Shown here: piece after piece, positions 15,001 to 28,900 of the stretch
Numbering within the stretch: the first letter of the stretch is position 1
Layout of the letters: each line of letters begins with the position of its first letter
Source of the DNA: Squalus acanthias
Lineage: Eukaryota
Assembly (NCBI GenBank): GCA_030390025.1
Contig: CM059438.1
Span: forward strand, 56,298,001-56,362,000
Length of the DNA: 64,000 nt
Reading direction: 5' to 3'
The notes under the pieces: model-generated
What the model saw: only the letters and a program-made list of their open reading frames with translations
Told to the model about the DNA's origin: nothing
Databases searched by the model: none
Position numbers and translations under genes: made by a program

Positions 15001-18000
15001 GTTATACTGACTCTGTGAGCATTATACTGACACTGTGAGCATTATACTGACTCTGTGAGAATGATACTGACACTGTGAGCATTATACTGACACTGTGTGC
15101 ATTATACTGACTCTGTGAGCATTATACTGACTCTGTGAGCATTATACTGACTCTGTGAGCATTATACTGACACTGTGAGCATTATACAGACTCTGTGAGA
15201 ATGATACTGACAGTGTGAGCATTATACTGACTCTGTGAGCATTATACTGACACTGTGAGCAGTATACTGACTCTGTGAGCATTATACTGACTCTGTGAGC
15301 ATTAACTGACTCTGTGAGAATGATACTGACTCTGTGAGCATTATACTGACTCTGTGAGCATTATACTGACTCTGTGAGCATTAACTGACTCTGTGAGAAT
15401 GATACTGACTCTGTGAGCATTATTCTGACACTGTGAGAATGATACTGACACTGTGAGCATTATACTGACACTGTGAGAATGATACTTACTCTGTGAGCAT
15501 TCTACTGACTCTGTGAGTATTATACTGACACTGTGAGTATGATCCTGACTCTGTGAGCATTATACTGACACTGTAAGAATTATACTGTCACTGTGAGCAT
15601 TATACTGACACTGTGAGAATGATACTGACACTGTGAGAATTATACTGACACTGTGAGAATGATACTGACACTGTGAGCATTATACTGACACTGTAAGAAT
15701 GATACTGACTCTGTGAGCATTATACTGACTCTGTGAGAATGATACTGATTCTGTGAGCATTTTACTGACTCTGTGAGGATTATACTGACTCTGTGAGCAT
15801 TATACTGACTCTGTGATCGTTAACTGACTCTGTGAGAATGATACTGACACTGTGAGCATTATACTGAGTCTGTGAGCATTATACTGACACTGTGAGCATT
15901 ATACTGATTCTGTGAGCATTATCCTGACTCTGTGAGCATTATACTGACTGTGAGCATTATACTGACTCTGTGAGCATTATACTGACTCCGTGAGAATGAT
16001 ACTGACACTGTGAGTATGATCCTGACTCTGTGAGCATTATACTGACACTGTAAGAATTATACTGTCACTGTGAGCATTATACTGACACTGTGAGAATGAT
16101 ACTGACACTGTGAGAATTATACTGACACTGTGAGAATGATACTGACACTGTGAGCATTATACTGACACTGTAAGAATGATACTGACTCTGTGAGCATTAT
16201 ACTGACTCTGTGAGAATGATACTGATTCTGTGAGCATTTTACTGACTCTGTGAGGATTATACTGACTCTGTGAGCATTATACTGACTCTGTGATCGTTAA
16301 CTGACTCTGTGAGAATGATACTGACACTGTGAGCATTATACTGAGTCTGTGAGCATTATACTGACACTGTGAGCATTATACTGATTCTGTGAGCATTATC
16401 CTGACTCTGTGAGCATTATACTGACTGTGAGCATTATACTGACTCTGTGAGCATTATACTGACTCCGTGAGAATGATACTGACTCTGTGAGTATGATCCT
16501 GACTCTGTGAGCATTATACTGACACTGTGAGAATGATACTGACTCTGTGAGAATAATACTGACTCTGTGAGAATGATACTGACTCTGTGAACATTATACT
16601 GACTCTGTGAGAATGATACTGACTCTGTGAGAATGATACTGACTCTGTGAGAATGATACTGACTCTGTGAGAATGATACTGACACTGTGATCATAATACT
16701 GACTCTGTGAGAATGATACTGACTCTGTGAGAATGATACTGACTCTGTGAGAATGATACTGACTCTGTGAGAATGATACTGATTCTGTGAGAATGATACT
16801 GACACTGTGAGAATGATACTGACTCTGTGAACATTATACTGATGCTGTGAGAATGATACTGACTCTGTGAGAATGATACTGACACTGTGAGAATGATACT
16901 GACACTGTGATCATAATACTGACTCTGTGAGAATGATACTGACTCTGTGAGAATGATACTGACTCCGTGAGCATTATACTGACACTGTGAGCATTATACT
17001 GACTCTGTGAGCATTCTACTGACTCTGTGAGTATTATACTGACTCTGTGAGCATTATACTGACACTGTGAGAATGATACTGACTCTGTGAGCATTATACT
17101 GACTCTGTGAGAATGATACTGATTCTGTGAGCATTATACTGACTCTGTGAGCAGTATACTGACTCTGTGAGCATTATACTGACTCTGTGAGCATTATACT
17201 GACTCTGTGAGCGTTAACTGACTCTGTGAGAATGATACTGATTCTGTGAGCATTATACTGACACTGTGAGCATTATGCTGACAATGTGAGCATTATACGG
17301 ACACTGTGAGAATGATACTGACACTGTGAGCATTATACTGACACTGTGAGAATGATACTGACTCTGTGAGAATTATACTGACACTGTGAGCATTATACTG
17401 ACACTGTGAGCATTATACTGACACTGTGAGCATTATACTGACAATGTGAGCATTATACTGACATTGTGAGCATTATACTGACTCTGTGAGCATTATACTG
17501 ACTCTGTGAGCATTATACTGACTCTGTGAGCATCAACTGACCCTGTGAGCATTATACTGACTCTGTGAGCATTAACTGACTCTGTGAGAATGATACTGAC
17601 ACTGTGAGCATTATACTGACCCTGTGAGCATTAACTGACTCTGTGAGAATGATACTGACTCTGTGAGCATTATACTGACACTGTGAGCATTAACTGACTC
17701 TGTGAGAATGATACTGACTCTGTGAGCATTATACTGACTCTGTGAGCATTAACTGACTCTGTGAGAATGATACTGACTCTGTGAGCATTATACTGACTCT
17801 GTGAGCATTAACTGACTCTGTGAGAATGATACTGACTCTGTGAGCATTATACTGACTCTGTGAGCATTATACTGACTCTGTGAGCATTAACTGACTCTGT
17901 GAGAATGATACTGACTCTGTGAGCATTATACTGACTCTGTGAGCATTATACTGACTCTGTGAGCATCAACTGACCCTGTGAGCATTATACTGACTCTGTG

Positions 18001-21000
18001 AGCATTAACTGACTCTGTGAGAATGATACTGACACTGTGAGCATTATACTGACACTGTGAGCAATATACTGACACTGTGAGAATGATACTGACTCTGTGA
18101 GCATTATACTGACTCTGTGAGCATTATACTGACACTGTGAGCATTATACTGACACTGTGAGCATTATACTGACTCTGTGAGAATGATACTGACACTGTGA
18201 GCATTATACTGACTCTGTGAACATTATACTGACTCTGTGAGAATGATACTGACTCTGTGAGCATTATACTGACTCTGTGAGAATGATACTGACTCTGTGA
18301 GAATTATACTGACACTGTGAGAATGATACTGACACTGTGAGCATTATACTGACACTGTAAGAATGATACTGACTCTGTGAGCATTATACTGACTCTGTGA
18401 GAATGATACTGATTCTGTGAGCATTTTACTGACTCTGTGAGGATTATACTGACTCTGTGAGCATTATACTGACTCTGTGATCGTTAACTGACTCTGTGAG
18501 AATGATACTGACACTGTGAGCATTATACTGAGTCTGTGAGCATTTTACTGACACTGTGAGCATTATACTGATTCTGTGAGCATTATCCTGACTCTGTGAG
18601 CATTATACTGACTGTGAGCATTATACTGACTCTGTGAGCATTATACTGACTCCGTGAGAATGATACTGACTCTGTGAGTATGATCCTGACTCTGTGAGCA
18701 TTATACTGACACTGTGAGCATTAACTGACTCTGTGAGAATGATACTGACTCTGTGAGCATTATACAGACTCTGTGAGCATTAACTGACTCTGTGAGAATG
18801 ATACTGACTCTGTGAGCATTATACTGACTCTGTGAGCATTAACTGACTCTGTGAGAATGATACTGACTCTGTGAGCATTATACTGACTCTGTGAGCATTA
18901 TACTGACTCTGTGAGTATTAACTGACTCTGTGAGAATGATACTGACTCTGTGAGCATTATACTGACTCTGTGAGCATTATACTGACTCTGTGAGCATCAA
19001 CTGACCCTGTGAGCATTATACTGACTCTGTGAGCATTAACTGACTCTGTGAGAATGATACTGACACTGTGAGCATTATACTGACACTGTGAGCAATGTAC
19101 TGACACTGTGAGAATGATACTGACTCTGTGAGCATTATACTGACTCTGTGAGCATTATACTGACACTGTGAGCATTATACTGACACTGTGAGCATTATAC
19201 TGACTCTGTGAGAATGATACTGACAGTGTGAGCATTATACTGACTCTGTGAACATTATACTGACTCTGTGAGAATGATACTGACTCTGTGAGCATTATAC
19301 TGACTCTGTGAGAATGATACTGACACTGTGAGAATGATACTGACTTTGTGAGTATTATACTGCCACTGTGAGCATTATACTGACAGTGTGAGCATTATAC
19401 TGACACTGTGAGAATGATACTGACACTGTGAGAATTATACTGACACTGTCAGAATGATACTGACACTGTGAGCATTATACTGACACTGTGAGCATTATAC
19501 TGACACTGTGAGAATGATACTGACACTGTGAGCATTATACTGACACTGTGAGAATGATACTTACTCTGTGAGCATTCTACTGACTCTGTGAGTATTATAC
19601 TGACACTGTGAGTATGATCCTGACTCTGTGAGCATTATACTGACACTGTGAGAATTATACTGTCACTGTGAGCATTATACTGACACTGTGAGAATGATAC
19701 TGACACTGTGAGAATTATACTGACACTGTGAGAATGATACTGACACTGTGAGCATTATACTGACACTGTAAGAATGATACTGACTCTGTGAGCATTATAC
19801 TGACTCTGTGAGAATGATACTGATTCTGTGAGCATTTTACTGACTCTGTGAGGATTATACTGACTCTGTGAGCATTATACTGACTCTGTGATCGTTAACT
19901 GACTCTGTGAGAATGATACTGACACTGTGAGCATTATACTGAGTCTGTGAGCATTTTACTGACACTGTGAGCATTATACTGATTCTGTGAGCATTATCCT
20001 GACTCTGTGAGCATTATACTGACTGTGAGCATTATACTGACTCTGTGAGCATTATACTGACTCCGTGAGAATGATACTGACTCTGTGAGTATGATCCTGA
20101 CTCTGTGAGCATTATACTGACACTGTGAGCATTAACTGACTCTGTGAGAATGATACTGACTCTGTGAGCATTATACAGACTCTGTGAGCATTAACTGACT
20201 CTGTGAGAATGATACTGACTCTGTGAGCATTATACTGACTCTGTGAGCATTAACTGACTCTGTGAGAAAGATACTGACTCTGTGAGCATTATACTGACTC
20301 TGTGAGCATTATACTGACTCTGTGAGCATTAACTGACTCTGTGAGAATGATACTGACTCTGTGAGCATTATACTGACTCTGTGAGCATTATACTGACTCT
20401 GTGAGCATCAACTGACCCTGTGAGCATTATACTGACTCTGTGAGCATTAACTGACTCTGTGAGAATGATACTGACACTGTGAGCATTATACTGACACTGT
20501 GAGCAATATACTGACACTGTGAGAATGATACTGACTCTGTGAGCATTATACTGACTCTGTGAGCATTATACTGACACTGTGAGCATTATACTGACACTGT
20601 GAGCATTATACTGACTCTGTGAGAATGATACTGACAGTGTGAGCATTATACTGACTCTGTGAACATTATACTGACTCTGTGAGAATGATACTGACTCTGT
20701 GAGCATTATACTGACTCTGTGAGAATGATACTGACACTGTGAGAATGATACTGACTTTGTGAGTATTATACTGCCACTGTGAGCATTATACTGACAGTGT
20801 GAGCATTATACTGACACTGTGAGAATGATACTGACACTGTGAGAATTATACTGACACTGTCAGAATGATACTGACACTGTGAGCATTATACTGACACTGT
20901 GAGCATTATACTGACACTGTGAGAATGATACTGACACTGTGAGCATTATACTGACACTGTGAGAATGATACTTACTCTGTGAGCATTCTACTGACTCTGT

Positions 21001-24000
21001 GAGTATTATACTGACACTGTGAGTATGATCCTGACTCTGTGAGCATTATACTGACACTGTGAGAATTATACTGTCACTGTGAGCATTATACTGACACTGT
21101 GAGAATGATACTGACACTGTGAGAATTATACTGACACTGTGAGAATGATACTGACACTGTGAGCATTATACTGACACTGTGAGAATGATACTGACTCTGT
21201 GAGCATTATACTGACTCTGTGAGAATGATACTGATTCTGTGAGCATTTTACTGACTCTGTGAGGATTATACTGACTCTGTGAGCATTATACTGACTCTGT
21301 GATCGTTAACTGACTCTGTGAGAATGATACTGACACTGTGAGCATTATACTGAGTCTGTGAGCATTATACTGACACTGTGAGCATTATACTGATTCTGTG
21401 AGCATTATACTGACTCTGTGAGCATTATACTGACTGTGAGCATTATACTGACTCTGTGAGCATTATACTGACTCCGTGAGAATGATACTGACTCTGTGAG
21501 CATTATACTGACTGTGAGCATTATACGGACACTGTGAGTATTATACTGACACTGTGAGCATTATACAGACTCTGTGAGAATGATACTGACTCTGTGCGCA
21601 TTATACTGACCCTGTGAGAATGATACTGACTCTGTGAGCATTATACTGACTGTGAGCATTATACGGACACTGTGAGCATTATACTGACACTGTGAGCATT
21701 ATACAGACTCTGTGAGAATGATACTGACTCTGTGAGCATTATACTGACCCTGTGAGAATGATACTGACTCTGTGAGCATTATACTGACTGTGAGCATTAT
21801 ACGGACACTGTGATCATTATACTGTCACTGTGAGAATGATACTGACACTGTGAGAATTATACTGACACTGTGAGAATGATACTGACACTGTGAGCATTAT
21901 ACTGACACTGTGAGAATGATACTGACTCTGTGAGCATTCTACTGACTCTGTGAGTATTATACTGACACTGTGAGAATGATACTGACTCTGTGAGCATTAT
22001 ACTGACTCTGTGAGAATGATACTGATTCTGTGAGCATTATACTGACTCTGTGAGCATTATACTGACTCTGTGAGCATTATACTGACTCTGTGAGCGTTAA
22101 CTGACTCTGTGAGAATGATACTGACACTGTGAGCATTATACTGAGTCTGTGAGCATTATACTGACACTGTGAGCATTATACTGATTCTGTGAGCATTATA
22201 CTGACCCTGTGAGCATTATACTGACTGTGAGCATTATACTGACTCTGTGAGCATTATACTGACTCCGTGAGAATGATACTGACTCTGTGAGCATTATACT
22301 GACTGTGAGCATATACGGACATGTTGAGCATTATACTGACACTGTGAGCATTATACAGACTCTGTGGAATGATTACTGATCTCTGTGAGCATTATACTGA
22401 CCACTGTGAGAATGATACTGACTCCTGTCAGCATTATCTGACTGTGAGCATTATACGGACACCTGTGAGCATTATACTGACCACTGGAGCTTTATACAGG
22501 GACTCTGTGAGACATATACTGACTCTTGAGCATTATACTGAACTTGTGTGGCGTTATACTGGACTCTGTGAGCATTATACACTGGACACTGTGAGCATTA
22601 TACTGACTCTGTGAGAATGATACTGACACTGTGAGCATTATACTGACACTGTGTGCATTATACTGACTCTGTGAGCATTATACTGACTCTGTGAGCATTA
22701 TACTGACTCTGTGAGCATTATACTGACACTGTGAGCATTATACAGACCTCTGTGAGAATGATACTGACAGTGTGAGCATTATACTGACTCTGTGAGCATT
22801 ATACTGACACTGTGAGCAGTATACTGACTCTGTGAGCATTATACTGACTCTGTGAGCATTAACTGACTCTGTGAGAATGATACTGACTCTGTGAGCATTA
22901 TACTGACTCTGTGAGCATTATACTGACTCTGTGAGCATTAACTGACTCTGTGAGAATGATACTGACTCTGTGAGCATTATACTGACTCTGTGAGCATTAT
23001 ACTGACTCTGTGAGCATCAACTGACCCTGTGAGCATTATACTGACTCTGTGAGCATTAACTGACTCTGTGAGAATGATACTGACACTGTGAGCATTATAC
23101 TGACACTGTGAGCAATATACTGACACTGTGAGAATGATACTGACTCTGTGAGCATTATACTGACTCTGTGAGCATTATACTGACACTGTGAGCATTATAC
23201 TGACACTGTGAGCATTATACTGACTCTGTGAGAATGATACTGACAGTGTGAGCATTATACTGACTCTGTGAACATTATACTGACTCTGTGAGAATGATAC
23301 TGACTCTGTGAGCATTATACTGACTCTGTGAGAATGATACTGACACTGTGAGAATGATACTGACTTTGTGAGTATTATACTGCCACTGTGAGCATTATAC
23401 TGACAGTGTGAGCATTATACTGACACTGTGAGAATGATACTGACACTGTGAGAATTATACTGACACTGTCAGAATGATACTGACACTGTGAGCATTATAC
23501 TGACACTGTGAGCATTATACTGACACTGTGAGAATGATACTGACACTGTGAGCATTATACTGACACTGTGAGAATGATACTTACTCTGTGAGCATTCTAC
23601 TGACTCTGTGAGTATTATACTGACACTGTGAGTATGATCCTGACTCTGTGAGCATTATACTGACACTGTGAGAATTATACTGTCACTGTGAGCATTATAC
23701 TGACACTGTGAGAATGATACTGACACTGTGAGAATTATACTGACACTGTGAGAATGATACTGACACTGTGAGCATTATACTGACACTGTGAGAATGATAC
23801 TGACTCTGTGAGCATTATACTGACTCTGTGAGAATGATACTGATTCTGTGAGCATTTTACTGACTCTGTGAGGATTATACTGACTCTGTGAGCATTATAC
23901 TGACTCTGTGATCGTTAACTGACTCTGTGAGAATGATACTGACACTGTGAGCATTATACTGAGTCTGTGAGCATTATACTGACACTGTGAGCATTATACT

Positions 24001-25748
24001 GATTCTGTGAGCATTATACTGACTCTGTGAGCATTATACTGACTGTGAGCATTATACTGACTCTGTGAGCATTATACTGACTCCGTGAGAATGATACTGA
24101 CTCTGTGAGCATTATACTGACTGTGAGCATTATACGGACACTGTGAGTATTATACTGACACTGTGAGCATTATACAGACTCTGTGAGAATGATACTGACT
24201 CTGTGCGCATTATACTGACCCTGTGAGAATGATACTGACTCTGTGAGCATTATACTGACTGTGAGCATTATACGGACACTGTGAGCATTATACTGACACT
24301 GTGAGCATTATACAGACTCTGTGAGAATGATACTGACTCTGTGAGCATTATACTGACCCTGTGAGAATGATACTGACTCTGTGAGCATTATACTGACTGT
24401 GAGCATTATACGGACACTGTGATCATTATACTGTCACTGTGAGAATGATACTGTCACTGTGAGAATTATACTGACACTGTGAGAATGATACTGACACTGT
24501 GAGCATTATACTGACACTGTGAGAATGATACTGACTCTGTGAGCATTCTACTGACTCTGTGAGTATTATACTGACACTGTGAGAATGATACTGACTCTGT
24601 GAGCATTATACTGACTCTGTGAGAATGATACTGATTCTGTGAGCATTATACTGACTCTGTGAGCATTATACTGACTCTGTGAGCATTATACTGACTCTGT
24701 GAGCGTTAACTGACTCTGTGAGAATGATACTGACACTGTGAGCATTATACTGAGTCTGTGAGCATTATACTGACACTGTGAGCATTATACTGATTCTGTG
24801 AGCATTATACTGACCCTGTGAGCATTATACTGACTGTGAGCATTATACTGACTCTGTGAGCATTATACTGACTCCGTGAGAATGATACTGACTCTGTGAG
24901 CATTATACTGACTGTGAGCATTATACGGACACTGTGAGCATTATACTGACACTGTGTGCGTTATACTGACCCTGTGAGAATGATACTGACTCTGTGAGCA
25001 TTATAGTAACTGTGAGCATTATACGGACACTGTGAGCATTATACTGACACTGTGAGCATTATACAGACTCTGTGAGAATGATACTGACTCTGTGAGCATT
25101 ATACTGACCCTGTGAGAATGATACTGACTCTGTCAGCATTATACTGACTGTGAGCATTATACGGACACTGTGAGCATTATACTGACACTGTGAGCATTAT
25201 ACAGACTCTGTGAGAATGATACTGACTCTGTGAGCATTATACTGACACTGTGTGCGTTATACTGACTCTGTGAGCATTATACTGACACTGTGAGCATTAT
25301 ACTGACTCTGTGAGAATGATACTGACACTGTGAGCATTATACTGACACTGTGTGCATTATACTGACTCTGTGAGCATTATACTGACTCTATGAGCATTAT
25401 ACTGACTCTGTGAGCATTATACTGACACTGTGAGCATTATACAGACTCTGTGAGAATGATACTGACAGTGTGAGCATTATACTGACTCTGTGAGCATTAT
25501 ACTGACACTGTGAGCAGTATACTGACTCTGTGAGCAGTATAATGACTCTGTGAGAATGATACTGACTCTGTGAGAATGATACTGACACTGTGATCATAAT
25601 ACTGACTCTGTGAGAATGATACTGACACTGTGATCATAATACTGACTCTGTGAGAATGATACTGACACTGTGATCATAATACTGACTCTGTGAGAATGAT
25701 ACTGACACTGTGAGAATGATACTGACACTGTGAGAATGATATTGACTC
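1..25748. repeat. 20-bp minisatellite/satellite array (ACTCTGTGAGCATTATACTG / ACACTGTGAGAATGATACTG), about 1290 units, with higher-order repeats; runs off the left edge
   Basis: Directly visible 20-bp periodicity with 18- and 19-bp variants. Variant haplotypes recur at roughly 1-1.4, 2.6, 3.9 and 7.5 kb spacing. Confidence 0.99.
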
Positions 25749-25805
25749 CAAGGGGGCGGGATGCACTGATACTGTGAATCTGATAACGGGATGCTTGCCT
25801 CTTAC

Positions 25806-25973
25806 CTGTATTGATAACTTTTTTAATAATTTGAGCCATCTTCCCTTTCAGAACTGAATTCAATAACTTGACAATGAGCACGAGGCAGGCACAGAGAACC
25901 AGCAGAGATGCCACAAGCAGGATGAACCCAACTGCGATATCAGCGAGGGTCGTGTTCACAAATATATGGCGAC
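25806..25973 (-). CDS. slc34a3: slc34a3-like exon (exon 10 equivalent), [56 protein letters not shown]
   Basis: tttttgctgatag| acceptor, |GTAAGA donor, 168 nt. Confidence 0.96.
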
Positions 25974-28900
25974 CTATCAGCAAAAACAAAAGAGAGTTTG
26001 CTAAAGAGAGCCATGCATTCTGGATAGAGTGACTCTGAGTTTAAATTCTCTCCCACTATTTCATCTCTTTGTACACAAGTGAGCAAGGAACATGACCGAT
26101 TCCATCATTGCTACTTCCTACAGTCATGGTCCCACCATGGAATATTTACACCTCCATTCAGTCCGTAAGGGTGACCCCGAGCTTCCGGTCGCTTGTCATT
26201 TTAATTCACCGCTCCACGCCCACTCGGACCTCACCGTCCTCGGCCTCGTGCATTGTTCCACGGAAGCTCAGCGTAAGCTCCAGGAACAGCACCTCATCTT
26301 CCGATTAGGCAATATCGAGTGCAACAATTTCAGATAATAACCTCGGCCCCTACCACATATTTATTTATATATATACATTTTATCCACCCTTGTGGTTTGT
26401 GCCTTTTCCTTTTTTTTCTCTCTCCCCCCACGGCAGCTGTCTCTCATTCTGCCAACATTTCACACTTCACACTTCTGAGCCACCTTTTGTTTCTTAACCT
26501 GTCCCATTACCATCTCGTCTTGCCTTGAGCATCTCTTAATGTCTCTACTTACCATAGACCACCCCTTTTTTTCTTTTATTCCTCCCCCCAGCCTCCTCCT
26601 TGCTTTTTTATCTGTTTCATTTTCTGCTTTTTTCTCAGTTCTGACGAAGGGTTTCGACCTGAAACGTTAACTCTGTTTCTCTCTCCATGGATGTTGCCTG
26701 GCCTGCTGAGTTTTTCCAGCGTTTTCTGTTGTTGTTTCAATTTTCCAGCATTCGCAGTATTTTGCTATCGTGTGGAATATTTATTGTTACTTTTCATCAT
26801 AACAGTTGTATGATTCCCTCATTGTTACTCTACAGTTACAGTCCTGAGATGGATCCCCTCATTGATTTTTTGGAGAAACATAAGTTGAGCACAGAAGAAT
26901 GTTGTTTATTTCCCTAAATTGGTAACATTTAACCTGAAAATCGGAAGCATTTCTCGCAGATGCTCACAGGAGGATGTGTCTGTCACTTACACAGTTCAAT
27001 GTTCACGGTCTCTGTGCTGTTTTTCAGTGCGACTGTTTCATTTCCTGTATGAAAGCATTGGAAAATCTCACACTCAGTCAGATTTGTCACTGATATGTTT
27101 TTCAGAACCTATTGATGAACAGAAAGATGTGAGTCTAGCACAACCGGGCAGTGAGTGAGATTAACAGTCTCTGAGTCAGAAGGTCATGGGTTCAAACCAG
27201 GACACTGATGCATAATCTAGACAGACACATCAGTGCAGTACACCGAGAGCGCCCCACTGTCGGAGAGGCAGTACTGAGGGAGCGCCCCACTGTCGGAGGG
27301 GCAGTACTGAGAGAGCACCCCACTGTCGGAGGGGCAGTACTGAGAGAGCGCCGCACTATCGGAGGGGCAGTACTGAGGGAGCGCTGCACTGTCGGAGGGG
27401 CAGTACTGAGGGAGCGCTGCACTGTCGGAGGGGCAGTACTGAGTGAGCGCTGCACTGTCGGAGGGGCAGTGCTGAGGGAGTGCCGCACTGTCGGAGGGGC
27501 AGTATTGAGGGATTGCTGCACTGTCGGAGGGGCAGTACTGAGGGAGCGCCGCACCGTCGAAGGGGCAGTACTGAGAGCTCTGACCTGTCGGAGCGGCAGT
27601 ACTGAGGGAGCGCCGCACTGTCGGAGGGCAACACCGAGGGAGCGCTGCACTGTCAGAGGGTCAGTACTGAGGGAGCGCTGCACTGTCGGAGGGTCAGTAC
27701 TGAGGGAGCGCTGAACTGTCAGAGGGCAGTACTGAGGGAGTGCTGCACTGTTGGAGGGCAGTATTGAGGGAGCGCTGCACTGTTGGTGGGTGTGTACTGA
27801 GGGACCGCTGCACTGTCGGGGGGGGCAGTACTGAGGGAGAGCTGCAATGTCAGAGGGGCAGAACTGAGTGAGGACTGTGCTGTCGGAGGGGGAGTACTGA
27901 GGGAGCGCTGCACTGTTGGAGGGGCAGTACTGAGGAAGTGCTGCACTGTTGGAGGGGCAGTACTGAGGGAGTGCTGCACTGTCGGAGGGGCAGTACTGAG
28001 GGAGTGCTGCACTGTCGGACGGGCAGTACTGAGGGAGCGCTGCACTGTCAGAGGGGCGGTACTGAGGGAGCGCTGCAATGTCAGGGGCAGAACTGAGTGA
28101 GGACTGCGTTGTCGGAGGGGGAGTACTGAGGGAGCGCTGCACTGTTGGAGGGGCAGTACTGAGGGAGTGCTGCACTGTTGGAGGGGCAGTACTGAGGGTG
28201 CGCTGCACTGTCGGAGGGGCAGTACTGAGGGAGCGGTGCACTGTTGGGGCAGTACTGAGGGAGTGCTGCACTGTTGGAGGGGCAGTACTGAGTGAGCGCT
28301 GCCCTGTTGGAGGGGCAGTACTGAGGGAACGCTGCACTTTCAGGGGGGCCGTACTGAGGGAGTGCTGCACTGTCAGACGGGCAGTACTGAGGGAGTGCTG
28401 CACTGTCGGAAGGGCAGTACTGAGGGAGCGCTGCACTGTCGGAGGGGCTAAACTGAGGGAGCGCTGCAATGTTGGAGGGGCAGTACTGAATGAGCGCTAC
28501 ACTGTCGGAGCGGCAGTACTGAGGGAGTGCTGCACTGTCGGAGGGGCAGTACTGAGTGAGCGCTGCACTGTCGGAGGGGCAGCACTGAGGGAGCGCTGTA
28601 CTGTCGAAGGGGCAGTACTGAGGGAGTGCTGCACTGTCGGAGCGGCAGTACTGAGGGAGTGCTGCACTGTCGAAGGTGCAGTACTGAGGGAGTGCTGCAC
28701 TGTCGAAGGGGCAGTACTAAGGGAGCGCTGCACTGTCGAAGGTGCAGTACTGAGGGACCACTGCACTGTCGGAGGGGTAGTACTGAGGGAGCGCTGCATT
28801 GTTGGAGGGGCAGTACTGAGGGAGTGCTGCACTGTCGGAGGGGTAGTACTGAGGGAGCGCTGCATTGTTGGAGGGGCAGTACTGAGGGAGTGCTGCACTG

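Noticed and set aside
1..25748. CRISPR-like array or protein-coding repeats ([13 protein letters not shown] ORFs)
   Set aside because: Head-to-tail 20-mers with no unique spacers and no cas genes, in a vertebrate intron. The ORFs are stop-free stretches of the repeat.
1..25748. Hundreds of CACTGTG motifs, the reverse complement of the V(D)J RSS heptamer CACAGTG
   Set aside because: No ACAAAAACC-like nonamer at 12 or 23 bp spacing and no V, D or J segments. It is an incidental part of the unit.
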